DNA from: Lama glama
Taxonomy: Eukaryota
Reading direction: 5' to 3'
DNA length: 64,000 bases
Assembly: GCA_028534125.1 (NCBI GenBank)
Contig: CM052817.1
Location: 88,476,001-88,540,000 of the forward strand
Part shown: positions 11,028-22,950 of the stretch, one piece after another
How positions within the stretch are numbered: the stretch's first letter is position 1
Layout: every line of letters begins with the position of its first letter
Notes under the pieces: model-generated
What the model saw: only the letters and a program-made list of their open reading frames with translations
Database searches by the model: none
What the model was told of the DNA's origin: nothing
Translations under genes and position numbers: made by a program

Positions 11028-14007
11028 GCCTATTTAAAATTTGTAATTTAGTACTCTACAGTTCCTGCTATATTTATTGTTTAAAAGAATTCTTGCACTA
11101 TCACATAAATATTAATGTATGTTTATCCTAGGTTTTCATGTTCCATGTATTATTTGTATTATAACAGATTTACTTAAATGTATAGTATGATAAAATTCTT
11201 ATTAAGTACTTAATGAATTTTGATAGCAGTTTATTGAATAGTCTTTTCATTCCATAATGATAGAAATACAAAAGTAATTTATGAATTTTATAGACATACT
11301 AGAATGTATTTTGAGTTTTTAAAAATATTCTCCATTTATGTGACTTTGGAGAATTTTGTGAACACTAGTATATAAATGGAATGTCTTCCCCTTCTTTTCC
11401 ACCATCAGATTTTTATTTTGAAAGATGTTTTTCTTTGTTGTTGTAGTATTATAGTAATTTTTTTTTTCCAGGAGGAAATGTCTCTAATCTCGCTAGAGGT
11501 ATCAAGTATAATTGTATTTAAATTTTATTTTTCTTAATTAGATCTTCTTTCTCATCTTAGTCACTTTTTGAGCTGTTAGTTCTCCCTGAAATGGCAATGA
11601 GTCTTAATATTTTGTTGAAAGTCATGTACAGTCGGTGGTGTGAGTTTCCTCTTTTGTTGAGCAGGTGTATTTCAGATGGTCTAGTCCAAGGGAGAACTGA
11701 GTGTATACTTATAAGGTATGTGGATTAACAAGCATCACTTTACAGTGAAAAAAGTAGTCGTAAGGCATTCAGACTGCCTCTGCTTGCCATCATGGAGAAA
11801 GTACGAAGGAATTCCCTCCAGGATAACAGCATCGATTGTAGAGAGCCTAGTTCTCTGCAGAGAGACTATTTAGTTCTTCAGGGAGCGGTTCTTCTGCTTT
11901 TGGGGAATAGAAACAGCACTGACAAATGTTCCTCTTACAGAGGAAGGCGGAGGACAGGGAGCGACAACACGGGAGGATGTAACTAGCCCAGCTGTTCCAG
12001 ACATTTCTTCAGTTTATTTCCATGATGACAGTCCTTCATTTTCTTAATTTTAGAATTGATGTAGGTATTTCAATCTTGAAGTCTACACGCTCAGCCAGAA
12101 AGATCAATTTCCACATGTTCTGTAGCCTTCCTCAGAATTGTTCTTGAATATATAACTAGAAATACATACACACATTCATACATATCCATACATATCTTCA
12201 GTCCTGATCTGGACAGTGGAGTCCTTCTCATACCCATAAAGAGCTTTGTTCACCTTATGGCCTTTTCAGATTCTTGGCTATTATGGAAGCATTCCTTTTG
12301 GGTATCTCTGTTGCCACTTCAAAGGGATTTGGAGAGCTGGGGGAGTGCTCAATTGTTAGTTTTATTCTGCATGCTTTCAGTCTAGTCCCAAAGCAGGAAT
12401 TGCAAAGCCTTCTTTCATGATTATTCTCTTTATCTAGATTTTTTTATCCAAATATATATGTCCAAGAATAAATATGGACAATAATACTTACACCAGCAAG
12501 AATGAGTATTTCTTTCTTCCCTTTTGTCTTCTTAATTAGATAAAGAGGGCAGGGGATAAGAGGTAATTGAATTATATCTATCCCTAGTGACAAAAATCCA
12601 GGTAATGACTACACACACCCATGTATTTTAATATAGATTTTGGAAACAAAAAATATGTTGGGCAGTATACACGTGTTGTGTTTCAACACAATGCTTTTTA
12701 CTCCAATCATACCAAATTACTCATCATTTTTTATTCATATCATAGTGTTTCACATTTCTGCACTTTTGCATAAGAACCTCATACAGAAAAGCTATTTGAC
12801 TCTCTTACACCTAATTTATCTCATCCTAAAACTTCTGGAGTGTCACCAAAAATAAACTTACTCCCCACAAAATGTACACAGTTTGGGGGGGGTTGTTTTG
12901 TTTTTAAACTATTTAAAGCATATTGTCCAGTGTCCTGGAGTTGCCTGATTTTTTTTTTCCTGATTCATACATTCTTAGGCCCACATCTTGATTTTGTGGC
13001 ACTAGCCCCTGCTTGGTGCTTCATACACAGTGATCTTCAATAAGTTTGTGTTGAGTAAGTGCACCGATTGTGCTGCTATTCTTGATCATTCATTTCTGTC
13101 TGTACCCATGTTCGCAGGTTCTTGCAGTCTTGGTCACTTTCCTTGTTACCCCCTGCACCACAATGCCTGCATTTGCCAACTGTTTGATAACTCTCCTGAC
13201 CACAGTAATGCTTCAGTGTGACTCTGGCACAGTTCTGGTTCTCTCCACCTCTTGTCTCAGTGTTACACTTTCATTTTGCCCAACTACTCATTAATAATTC
13301 TCAGGGCTTTGGGGAATTTAACCTTTGGCCATGGAACCACAGCTTTAATTACCTCACTCTTCACATTAATGGTCTTCCAGGGAGCGCTCAGTGACCACAG
13401 AGCTACAAGGTCTCGCACTTTTCAGTTTGTATACTCATCTCGATTTATGAAACACCTTGATGACCGAGACCAGAGAGCAAAATGGCTACTGTGTCTGTGT
13501 TTACTATAGTGTCTATGGTAGAAAAATACTGGAGCAAAAGACCTCACATGTTCAGTTTAAGACATGTCCTCATCTAATTCTTCCCACCTTTTTTCTCCTT
13601 AGACATTGGAGCATATGCATATCCACACACAAGCACACTCCCTTTTGCATATTGTATTTTTTATAAAGAAGTAATACAAGTGAGTGATGTGTGTTTGTGG
13701 ATGTGCAGTTGTTTCATGACAAAAGAAATTGTGCCCTGAAGAAGAGCAATGGATTCATTATGATTGTCATACCTCTTACCTCTCTGAAATTTGGTTCCCA
13801 GTATAACCTCTCCTCTGTTACAAGCAAGGTGTAAAGTGTTATTTATCAAACTATTAATAACAGTAGTAGTAAAAGTCCTTTAACTCTTTCTTTTAATAAA
13901 CCTGTTACAGTGACATTATTATGATATGAAGTTTTATGATATAAAGTTAGGTGGGTGTTAATGTGAAGTGCATGGGATAAGGTGTTATTTATTGCTCAAA
14001 TATGTAT

Positions 14008-14092
14008 CTTTGGGAAATTTTCCTAACGCTACCTCCGTTTCTTCATCTGACCAACTGAGATGATTATAATAGCACTCTTCACACAGGGTAAC
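14008..14092 (+). mobile_element. MIR SINE core fragment
   Basis: CCTCCGTTTCTTCATCTG...GATGATTATAATAGCAC resembles the MIR core CCTCAGTTTCCTCATCTGTAAAATGGGGATAATAATAGTAC. Confidence 0.6.
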
Positions 14093-14650
14093 TCAAGGAA
14101 ACACAAAATCATTCCAAGGGAAACCCAGCAGGAATTATGGCAAAGAAAGCCATTTTCAGATGCTGACCCCCTTTGTGGGGTCCACTGGCATCCTTCAAAG
14201 TCCAGTGACCCCCTATTCCTGGGCTCTCAGGTGTCTGCCTGTGATCCCTCAAAAGATAAAGTACATTATTTACCGGGTGTGCTTGCTCTAACAAACCAGT
14301 AACCCAGGTAATGCCTAATCTCACAATAGCTCAGGCTGGCTTGTTTCAGCCTGCGCCTCCACATTATTAGTCATAAACCCCACTGCCCTTCATAAACCCA
14401 AAACTTCCTACCTCACCTACAACCAGAGACTTGTGCCTGCACGCAGCTCCCAACCCAGTGTGTTCCCCAGTGCCTTACCCATAAAAGGCCTCAACAACTG
14501 ACCCTCAGTGTTCACACAGGCACCTCCCAGCTGTGTGGCCTGCTGGTGTCTATGGCAGCATAACCTAATAAACTCCTTTTCTACTTTCATTATTTGTCTT
14601 TGGTGAATTATTTTACCACCCATGACACTGACCTGCCTTGTTCCCTGACA
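14093..14650 (+). mobile_element. Solo LTR (ERV1-like) interrupting the MIR
   Basis: TATA-like CATAAAAGG near 14480, AATAAA near 14567, U5-like end ...CCCTGACA; left boundary approximate. Confidence 0.65.
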
Positions 14651-15394
14651 ACCGTGAAGTATTGTTTTCTAAAAGTCACCGACTGAGAAGTTGCCTGTGA
14701 TTAAGTCCTCCTATGGGTTCTCCTTTCTCATCTGCTGTTTCACAACATCCTTGCTTATACCTTGGAATCTCGAACTCCTCACACCCATGTGGAATCTTAC
14801 CTCTTTATACTTGACTCTGGGTGCAAAAACTGTAGGTCACTAAAAGAGGTGGTGGGTTCAAGATGGCAGAATGGAAGGACATGGAGCTTACCTCCCCAAC
14901 AAAAACATCAAAAATACATCCACGTGTGGAACAATTGTCACAACGCCTCTAAACTCTGGCAGAATATCTTACACTAGCAAAGGCACAAGAAAAATATCCA
15001 TGTAAATGGCTAGGACCAAAAAAAAAAACCCAAAACCAGAAATGGGACAGGGGCTGCACCACCAAGAGGGAACAGTGAAAGAGGAAAAGGTCTCACCCTG
15101 GGAAGCTCCTGCACCAGCAGGTAGATCATCTGGGATGGAAAGGTAGCCTCAAAAACTTAGAAGAGAGCACAGGAGTTGCTTCCCAAAAGAACAGAGAAAC
15201 AGATGCAGCAGATCTGGGTCACCATGCTGGGCTCCCCAGCCCAAGATGTGAGCCTGCAGGTACTTTGGGGAAATCTTCCTAAACTCTACCTCTATTTCCT
15301 TATCTGACAAACCAGAGATGGTTATAATAGCAATCTTCACACATGGTAACCCAAAGAAACACAAAGTCATTCCAAGAGAAACTCAGCTAGGAAC

Positions 15395-16313
15395 TGTCGG
15401 GGCCAGCCGACAATTGATCAGGTCCAGAAATCTGTGCTGCAGGACTGAGAAAAGAAAGACAAGACTAAAAGGAAGACAAGACTAAAAGGTGGGGGAGAGG
15501 GTCTCACTCTAGCCCGCAAGACGCTAGGTCAAGAGTGGACCTCGTGTTTATTTCCAGCAGTTAATTTATATGCTTTTAACCCATAGGCAACAGTATCGTA
15601 GGTAACGGTATTGTNNNNNNNNNNNNNNNNNNNNNNNNNNNNNNNNNNNNNNNNNNNNNNNNNNNNNNNNNNNNNNNNNNNNNNNNNNNNNNNNNNNNNN
15701 NNNNNNNNNNNNNNNNNNNNNNNNNNNNNNNNNNNNNNNNNNNNNNNNNNNNNNNNNNNNNNNNNNNNNNNNNNNNNNNNNNNNNNNNNNNNNNNNNNNN
15801 NNNNNNNNNNNNNNNNNNNNNNNNNNNNNNNNNNNNNNNNNNNNNNNNNNNNNNNNNNNNNNNNNNNNNNNNNNNNNNNNNNNNNNNNNNNNNNNNNNNN
15901 NNNNNNNNNNNNNNNNNNNNNNNNNNNNNNNNNNNNNNNNNNNNNNNNNNNNNNNNNNNNNNNNNNNNNNNNNNNNNNNNNNNNNNNNNNNNNNNNNNNN
16001 NNNNNNNNNNNNNNNNNNNNNNNNNNNNNNNNNNNNNNNNNNNNNNNNNNNNNNNNNNNNNNNNNNNNNNNNNNNNNNNNNNNNNNNNNNNNNNNNNNNN
16101 NNNNNNNNNNNNNNGAAGCCCCTGTTCTTAATAACTCAATGGCATCAAGATGTTTTTCCGACTCCAAATGCACCTGCTGTTTTTCTAACAAAGGGGTGGT
16201 GGGACAGAGATTGTCTTTGCTCAATCAGCCTTAGAGCCTGACGCCCCGCACTCTGGGAGTTTAGGCCCAGTTTCTGTGCTCGGCAGCCCTCAGGTCATGA
16301 GTGGCCCCCCGCA
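15395..16313 (-). mobile_element. Betaretrovirus-like (ERV-K type) LTR element spanning an assembly gap
   Basis: Minus strand starts TGCGGGGGGCC and ends GGCCCCGACA; perfect 6-bp TSD AGGAAC at 15389-15394 and 16314-16319; GCATATAAA then AATAAA on the minus strand near 15570 and 15550. Confidence 0.85.
15615..16114. other. Assembly gap (500 N)
   Basis: Run of N. Confidence 1.
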
Positions 16314-18749
16314 AGGAACTGTCACAAAGAAGGCAATTTTCAGATGCTTGGGCTTCAGGGAACAGAAGAAGGGCGAGGACTAAGGCTCACTGTGTGGACA
16401 CAGCCTGCAGGGGCTAGAGCGTGGTACAGGCTGAGAGCAGGAACGTGCAAAGGAGCTGGGTCCACACATGAAGGTAGAGTGTGACCCCACCATAGCTGCC
16501 TGTCTCAGCCTGCACATACCCACAGCTAACATCACACTCAATGGTGAAAAGCTAAAAGCTTTTCCACCAAGATCAGGAACAAGACAAGGATGCCCACTCT
16601 CATCACTTTTATTCAGCATAGTTTTGGGAGTCCTAGCTGCAGCAATCAGAGAAAAAGAGGAAAGAAAAGAAGTCCAAATTGGAAAAGTGATTAAAAACTG
16701 TCACTCTTTGCAAATGACATGGCACTATATACATAGAAGATCCTAAACACACTACCAGAAACTACTAGAGCTCAAAGAACTGGTAAAGTTGCAGGATACA
16801 AAATTAATATACAAAAATCAGTTGCATTTCTATACACTAACAATGAAATATCAGAAAGAGAAATTAAAGAAACAATCCCATTTATCATCACAGCAAAAAG
16901 AATAAAGTATCTAGGAATAAACCTACCTAGGGAGGAAAAAGACTTGCACTCCAAAAACTATTAAGACATTGATGAAAGAAATTGAAGACAACACTAACAG
17001 AAGAAAAGATTTACCATGTTCTTGGAGTGGAAAAACGAGTATTCTTAAAATGGCCATTTTGCCTAAGGCAATCTACTGATTCTGTATAATCCTTATCAAA
17101 TTACCAATGGCATTTCTCAAAGAACTGAAACAAAAATGATTAAAATCTGTATGGAAACACAGAAGAACTTGAATAGCCAAAACAATCTTGAGAAAGAAGA
17201 ACGCAGCTGGAGCAATCATGCTCCCTGAATTCAGACTATCCTACAAAGCTACAGTAATCAAAACAGGATGGTACAGGCACAAAAATAGACACATAGATCA
17301 ATGGAACAATATAGAAAGCCCAGAAATAAACCCACACAATTATGGTCAATTAATCTATGACAAAGGAGGTAAGAATATGCAATAAAGAGTCTCCAATAAG
17401 TGGTGCTGGAGAATTGGACAGCTACACATAAAAGGATGAAACTAGAACATTCTAAAACACCTTATACAAAAATAAACTCAAAACGGATTAAAGACATAAA
17501 TAAGCATAATACCGGATAGTACAAAAGGTCTAAAAGAAAACGTAGGCAAAAACACTCCTTGACATAAATTGCAGCAATATTTTTTTTTCAATATGTCTCC
17601 TAGAGTAATGGAAATAAAAGCAAAAAATAAACAAATGGGACCTAATTAAACTTAAAGGCTTTTGCACAGCAAAGGAAACCATATACAAAATGAAAAAACA
17701 ACCTACAGAATGAGAGAAGATTTGCAAATAATGAGAATGACAAGGGATTTATTTCCAAAAATATAAATAGCTCATACAGCTTAATATCAAAAAGAAAAAA
17801 AAAAGCCAAACAACTCAATCAAAAAAATCAGAGAACTATCTCTGTAGGTCTTCTGCCCAAGAAGACATACAGATGGCCAACAGGCACAAGAAAAGATGCT
17901 TAATATCTCTAAGTATCAGAGAAATGCAAATCAAAACTACAATGAAGTACCACCTCACACCAGTCAGAATGGCCATTATTAAAAACCACACAAAGAAGAA
18001 ATGCTGGAGAGCTGTAGAGGAAGGGTAACCTACCTACATTGTTGGTGAGAGTGTAAAATGGTGCAGCCACAATGGAGAATAGTATGGAGGCTCCTTAAAA
18101 AAACTAAAAATAAGGTTACCATATGATCCAGGAATCCCACTCCTGTGCTTTTATCTGGAGAAAACTAATTTGAAAAAACATATGCACCCCAATATTCATT
18201 AAGCACTACTTATAATAGTCAAGACAATAAAGCAACCTAAATATCTATTGACACATGAATGGATAAAGAAGATGTGGTGTGTATGCACATACACACACAC
18301 AAATATTACTTAGCCATAAAAAAAATGAAATAATGCCATTTGCAGCAACATATATGGACCTAGAGATTATCATTTTAGGTGAAATAAGTCAGACACAGAG
18401 AAACGCATATCATATGAAATCACTCATATGTGGAATCTAAAAAATAATATAAACAAACTTATTTACAAACCAGAAATGGACTTACAGACACAGAAAACAA
18501 ACTATACTTAACAAAGGCAAAGGGATGTGTGTTGGGGGGAAATTAGGAGTTTGAGATTAACATATACACACTTCTATATATAAAATAGATAAATGACAAA
18601 GACCTTCTGTATAGCACAGGGAACTATATTCAGTATATTGTAATAACCTATAATGGAAAAGAATCTGTAAAAGAATATATATATGTGTATGTATAAATGA
18701 ATCATTCTGCACTACACTTGAAACTAACACAACATTGTAAATCAAAAAA

Positions 18750-21700
18750 CTAACAGGTACAGAATGGCAGATTAGATAATAAAACAAGAGCCTACAATAT
18801 GCTACCTACAAGAAACCCACTTTAGAGCAAAGGACACACATAGGTTCAATGGGAGGGGATGGAAAAAGGTATTTCATGCAAATGGCAATGACAAGAAAGC
18901 AGGGGTAGCAATACTCATCTCAAACAAAACAGATTTTTTACAAAAGGCCAGAAAGATAAAGATGCCACGTAATGATAAAAGCATCAATACAAGAATAAGT
19001 TATTTCACTCATTAACATATGCACCCAATGTAGGAGCACTAAGATACATAAAGCAAATACTAACAGACCTACAGGAGAAACTGATGGGAATACAGACACA
19101 GTAGGAGATTTTAACACCCACTGAAGTCAACAGGTCTTCCAGACAGCAAATCAGTAAGACATCAGAGATCCTAAATGACCCAACAGAATAGTTAGACTTA
19201 ATTGACATTTTCAGGACAGTACACTGGAAAGAAAAAAAAAAAAACACAGAATATACATTCTTTTCAAGTGCACATGGAACATTCTCAAGGATAGACTACA
19301 TACTACAACACAAAACAATCCTTAACAAATATGAAAGGATAGAAATATTTCAAGGACCTTTTCTGACCACAAAGTCATGAAACCAGAAATCAACCACAGA
19401 AAGAGAAAGGAGAAAAGAATGATTGCATGGAGTCTAAACAATCTGCTACTTAAAAAAAAAAATCAATGTGTCAATGATAAAATCATAGAAGCTGAAAAAG
19501 ACCTTGAGACAAATGACAATGGAAATATACCCACACAAAATCTAAGGGGTTTAGCAAAAGCAATCCTAACAGGGAAATTGGTAACGATACAGGTCTTCCT
19601 CAGAAAACAAGAACAATCTCAAATAACCAACATAACTGACCCCCTAAAAGAATTACAAAGAACGAATGATAGCTAAATAAACAGAAGGAAAGCAATAATA
19701 AAGTTTAGGGAGGAAATAAAACAGAGGTTTAAAAATCAATAAAATTAAGAGCTGGTTTTTTTAAAGAGTAAATGACACGAACACATCTCTGGATAGTCTC
19801 ACCAAGAAGAAAAGAGAGGACCCAAATAAACAAATTAAGAAATGAAAGAGGAAACATTACAATCAATTCCCAAGAAACACACACACAAAAATCATAAGAA
19901 TACTATGAACAATAATAAAGTAAAAAAAAAAGGAGAAATTACAACAAATTCCACAGAAAATAAAATCGTAAGAATACTATGAATAATGATATGGCAACAA
20001 TTTGGACAACCTAGAAGAAATGGAAAGTTTCTAGAAACATACAGTCCACCAAAACTGAATCAAGAAAAAAGCAGATAATTTAACAGATCATCACTAGAAG
20101 TGAAATAGAATCTGTAATAAAAAATAAAAATAAAAAACCTCTCTGCAAACAAAAGTTTAGGACCAAATGGCTTTACTAGGGAACTCGACCAAGCATGCAA
20201 AGAACAGCTTAAACTGATCCGTCTTAAACTCCTCCAAATATCTGAAGAGGAGGGAATACCCTCAAAGTCTTCAGTGAAGTTACTATCACCCTGATACCAA
20301 AATCAGACAGACACTACCAAAAATTAAATTACATGCTGATATCATTGATGAACATAGATGCAAAAATTCTGAACAAAATATTAGCAAAACAAATCCAACA
20401 ACACATAAAAAAGCTCCTAGACCATGATCAAGTTGAATTCATCCCAGGGTCACAAGGATGGTTCAACATATACAAATAAATCAGTATGATACACCACATC
20501 AATAAAAAAAAAAAGGTGGGGGAGGACAGACACCACATGATCCTCTCAATAGATATGGGAAAAGTATTTGATAAAATCCAACATCCATTCATGATAAAGA
20601 GTCTTACCAAAGTATGCACAGAGGGAGCATATCTCAACATAATAAAACCTATCTATGGCAAACCCACAGCCAACATAAAACTCAGTGGTGAGAAGTTCAA
20701 AGCTTTCCCAGTAAAATCTGGGACAGAAACAGGGATGCCCTCTCTCTCATCACATTTTTCACAGAACTAGAACAAACAATCCTAAAATTTATATGGACTC
20801 ACAAAAGACCCAGAAATGCCAAAGCAATACTGCAGAAAAAGAATGAAGCTGGAGGAATAACCCTCCCAGACTTCAGACAATACTACAGAGTTAAAGTAAT
20901 CAAAACAGCAGGGTATTGTCATAAAAACGGACATGTGGATCAATGGAACAGAACAGAGAGCCCAGAAATAAACCCACACACCTACAGTCAATTCATCTTC
21001 CACAAACAAGTCAAGAATGTACAATGGAGAAAATACAGTCCTTAGGCAAGTGGTGTTGGGTAAGCTAGACAGTTGCATGTTAATCAGTGAAGTTAGAACA
21101 CCATCACACCATATACAAAAATAAACTTAAAATTGCTTAAAGATTTAAAAATAAGACAGGATACCATAAATCTCATAAAAGAGAACACAGGCAAACATTC
21201 TCTGACATAAATCATACAGTGTTCTCCTACGGCAGTCTACCAAGGCAATAAAAGCAAAATTTTAAAAAAGCAAAAATAAATAAATAGGACGTAATTTAAC
21301 TTATAAACTTTTGCATGGCAAAATACCATAAACAAAATGAAAAGACAACCTACAGAATGGGAGAAAACATTTGCAAACAATGTGACTGACAGGAGTGTAA
21401 TTTCTAGAATATACGAACAGCTCATATAGCTCAACAACAAAAAAACAAGCACCCCAATCAAAAAATGGGTAGAAGACCTAAATAGACATTTCTCCAATGA
21501 AGACATACAGATGGCCAATAAGCACATGAAAAGATGCTCAAAACTGCTAATTATTGGAGAAACACAAATCAAAAGACACCTGCACCCCAATATCCATAGC
21601 AGCATTATTTACAATAGCCAAGACATGGAAACAACCTAAATGTCCATTAACAGATGACTGGATAAAGAAGTTGTGGTATATTTATACAACAGAATACTAC

Positions 21701-22950
21701 TCAACCATAAAAAAGAAACATGATAAAATAGTGCCATTTGCAGCAACATGGATGGCCCTGGAGAATGTCATTCTAAGTGAAGTAAGCCAGAAAGAGAAAG
21801 AAAAACACCATATGATACCACTCATATGTGGAATCTAAAAAAAAAAAAAAAAAAAGACAAATGAACTTAAATATAAAACAGAAACAGACTCACAGACAGA
21901 ATATAGACTTATGGTTGCCAAGGGGGAAAGGGAGTGGGAAGGGATAAACTAAGAGTTCGAGATTTGCAGATACTGACTGGTATATATAAAATAGACAAAT
22001 TTATATTATATAGCACAGGGAAATGTATTCAATATCTTGTAGTAGCTTATGGTGAAAATGAATATATGTATATCCATGTATGATTAAAGCATTGTGCTGT
22101 ACACCAGAAATTGACACAGCATTGTAAACTGACTATACCTCAATTGACAAAAAAAAAAAATAGTTTCAACAGGAAAAAAAAAATACAATGATTTATCACC
22201 TCACACTGGTCAAAATGGCCATCATTAAAACATCTACAAAGGATAAATGCCAGAGAGGATGTAGAAAAAAGTTAACCCTCCCACACTGTTGTGGGGATGT
22301 AATTTGGTGCAGCTACTCGCTATGGAAAACAGTACAGAGACTCCTTTAAAAACTAACAACAGAGTTACCATATGATTCCATAATCCCACACCTGGGCATA
22401 TATCCAGAGTAAACTAACTCAAAAAGACCCCAAAATTAATAAAGTGGTATTTACAATAGCCAAGACATGAAAACAACCTAAATGTCCATTGACAGATGAC
22501 TGCATAAAGAAGATATATATATAATAGAATACTACTCAGCCATAAAAAATAAAATAATGCAATTTGCAGCAACGTGCATGGACCTAGAGATGATCATACT
22601 AAGCGAAGTATGTCAGACAGAGAAAAACAAATATATCATTTATACATGGAATTGCACAAAAAAACTTACAGAAACAGAAACAGACTCACAGACAGAAAAG
22701 AAACTGGGGGGAAAGGGGATGGGAAGGATAAATTAGGAGTTTGGGACTTGCAGATTCTAACTACTAAATGTGAAATAGATGAACAACAAGGATCTACTGT
22801 ATAGCACAGGGAACTATATTCAATATCTTGTAATAGCCTATAATGAGGAAAAATATGAAGAAGCATATATATATGTGTATAATCGAATCAATATGCTGTA
22901 TACTAGAAACTAACACAACATCATTAAATCAACTATACTTCAATAAAAAA
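18750..22950 (+). mobile_element. LINE-1 ORF2 (endonuclease to 3' end) with an ~0.5-kb RT deletion near 20750 and a nested L1
   Basis: EN motif KQEPTICYLQETHF; sequence jumps from the GCPLS region to FFTELE; 3' UTR and A tail at about 22950. Confidence 0.92.
21575..22183 (+). mobile_element. Younger L1 3' fragment nested in the older L1
   Basis: Host sequence AAATCAAAA|TACAATG is split by 0.6 kb of L1 3' end with its own poly-A. Confidence 0.85.

Larger units (their letters stand above)
14846..18748 (+). mobile_element. LINE-1 with its 5' UTR joined directly to the ORF2 RT region (ORF1 and endonuclease missing), interrupted at 15262-16348
   Basis: L1 5' start TTCAAGATGGCAG...AAAAACATCAAAAATACATC; ORF2 [16 protein letters not shown] begins about 16518; 3' UTR ends about 18745. 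Confidence 0.88.

Noticed and set aside
11100..12420. Possible very old antisense L1 fragments
   Set aside because: Too diverged to give boundaries or family by eye
15529..16234. 231-aa and 207-aa ORFs
   Set aside because: Artefacts of the 500-N gap
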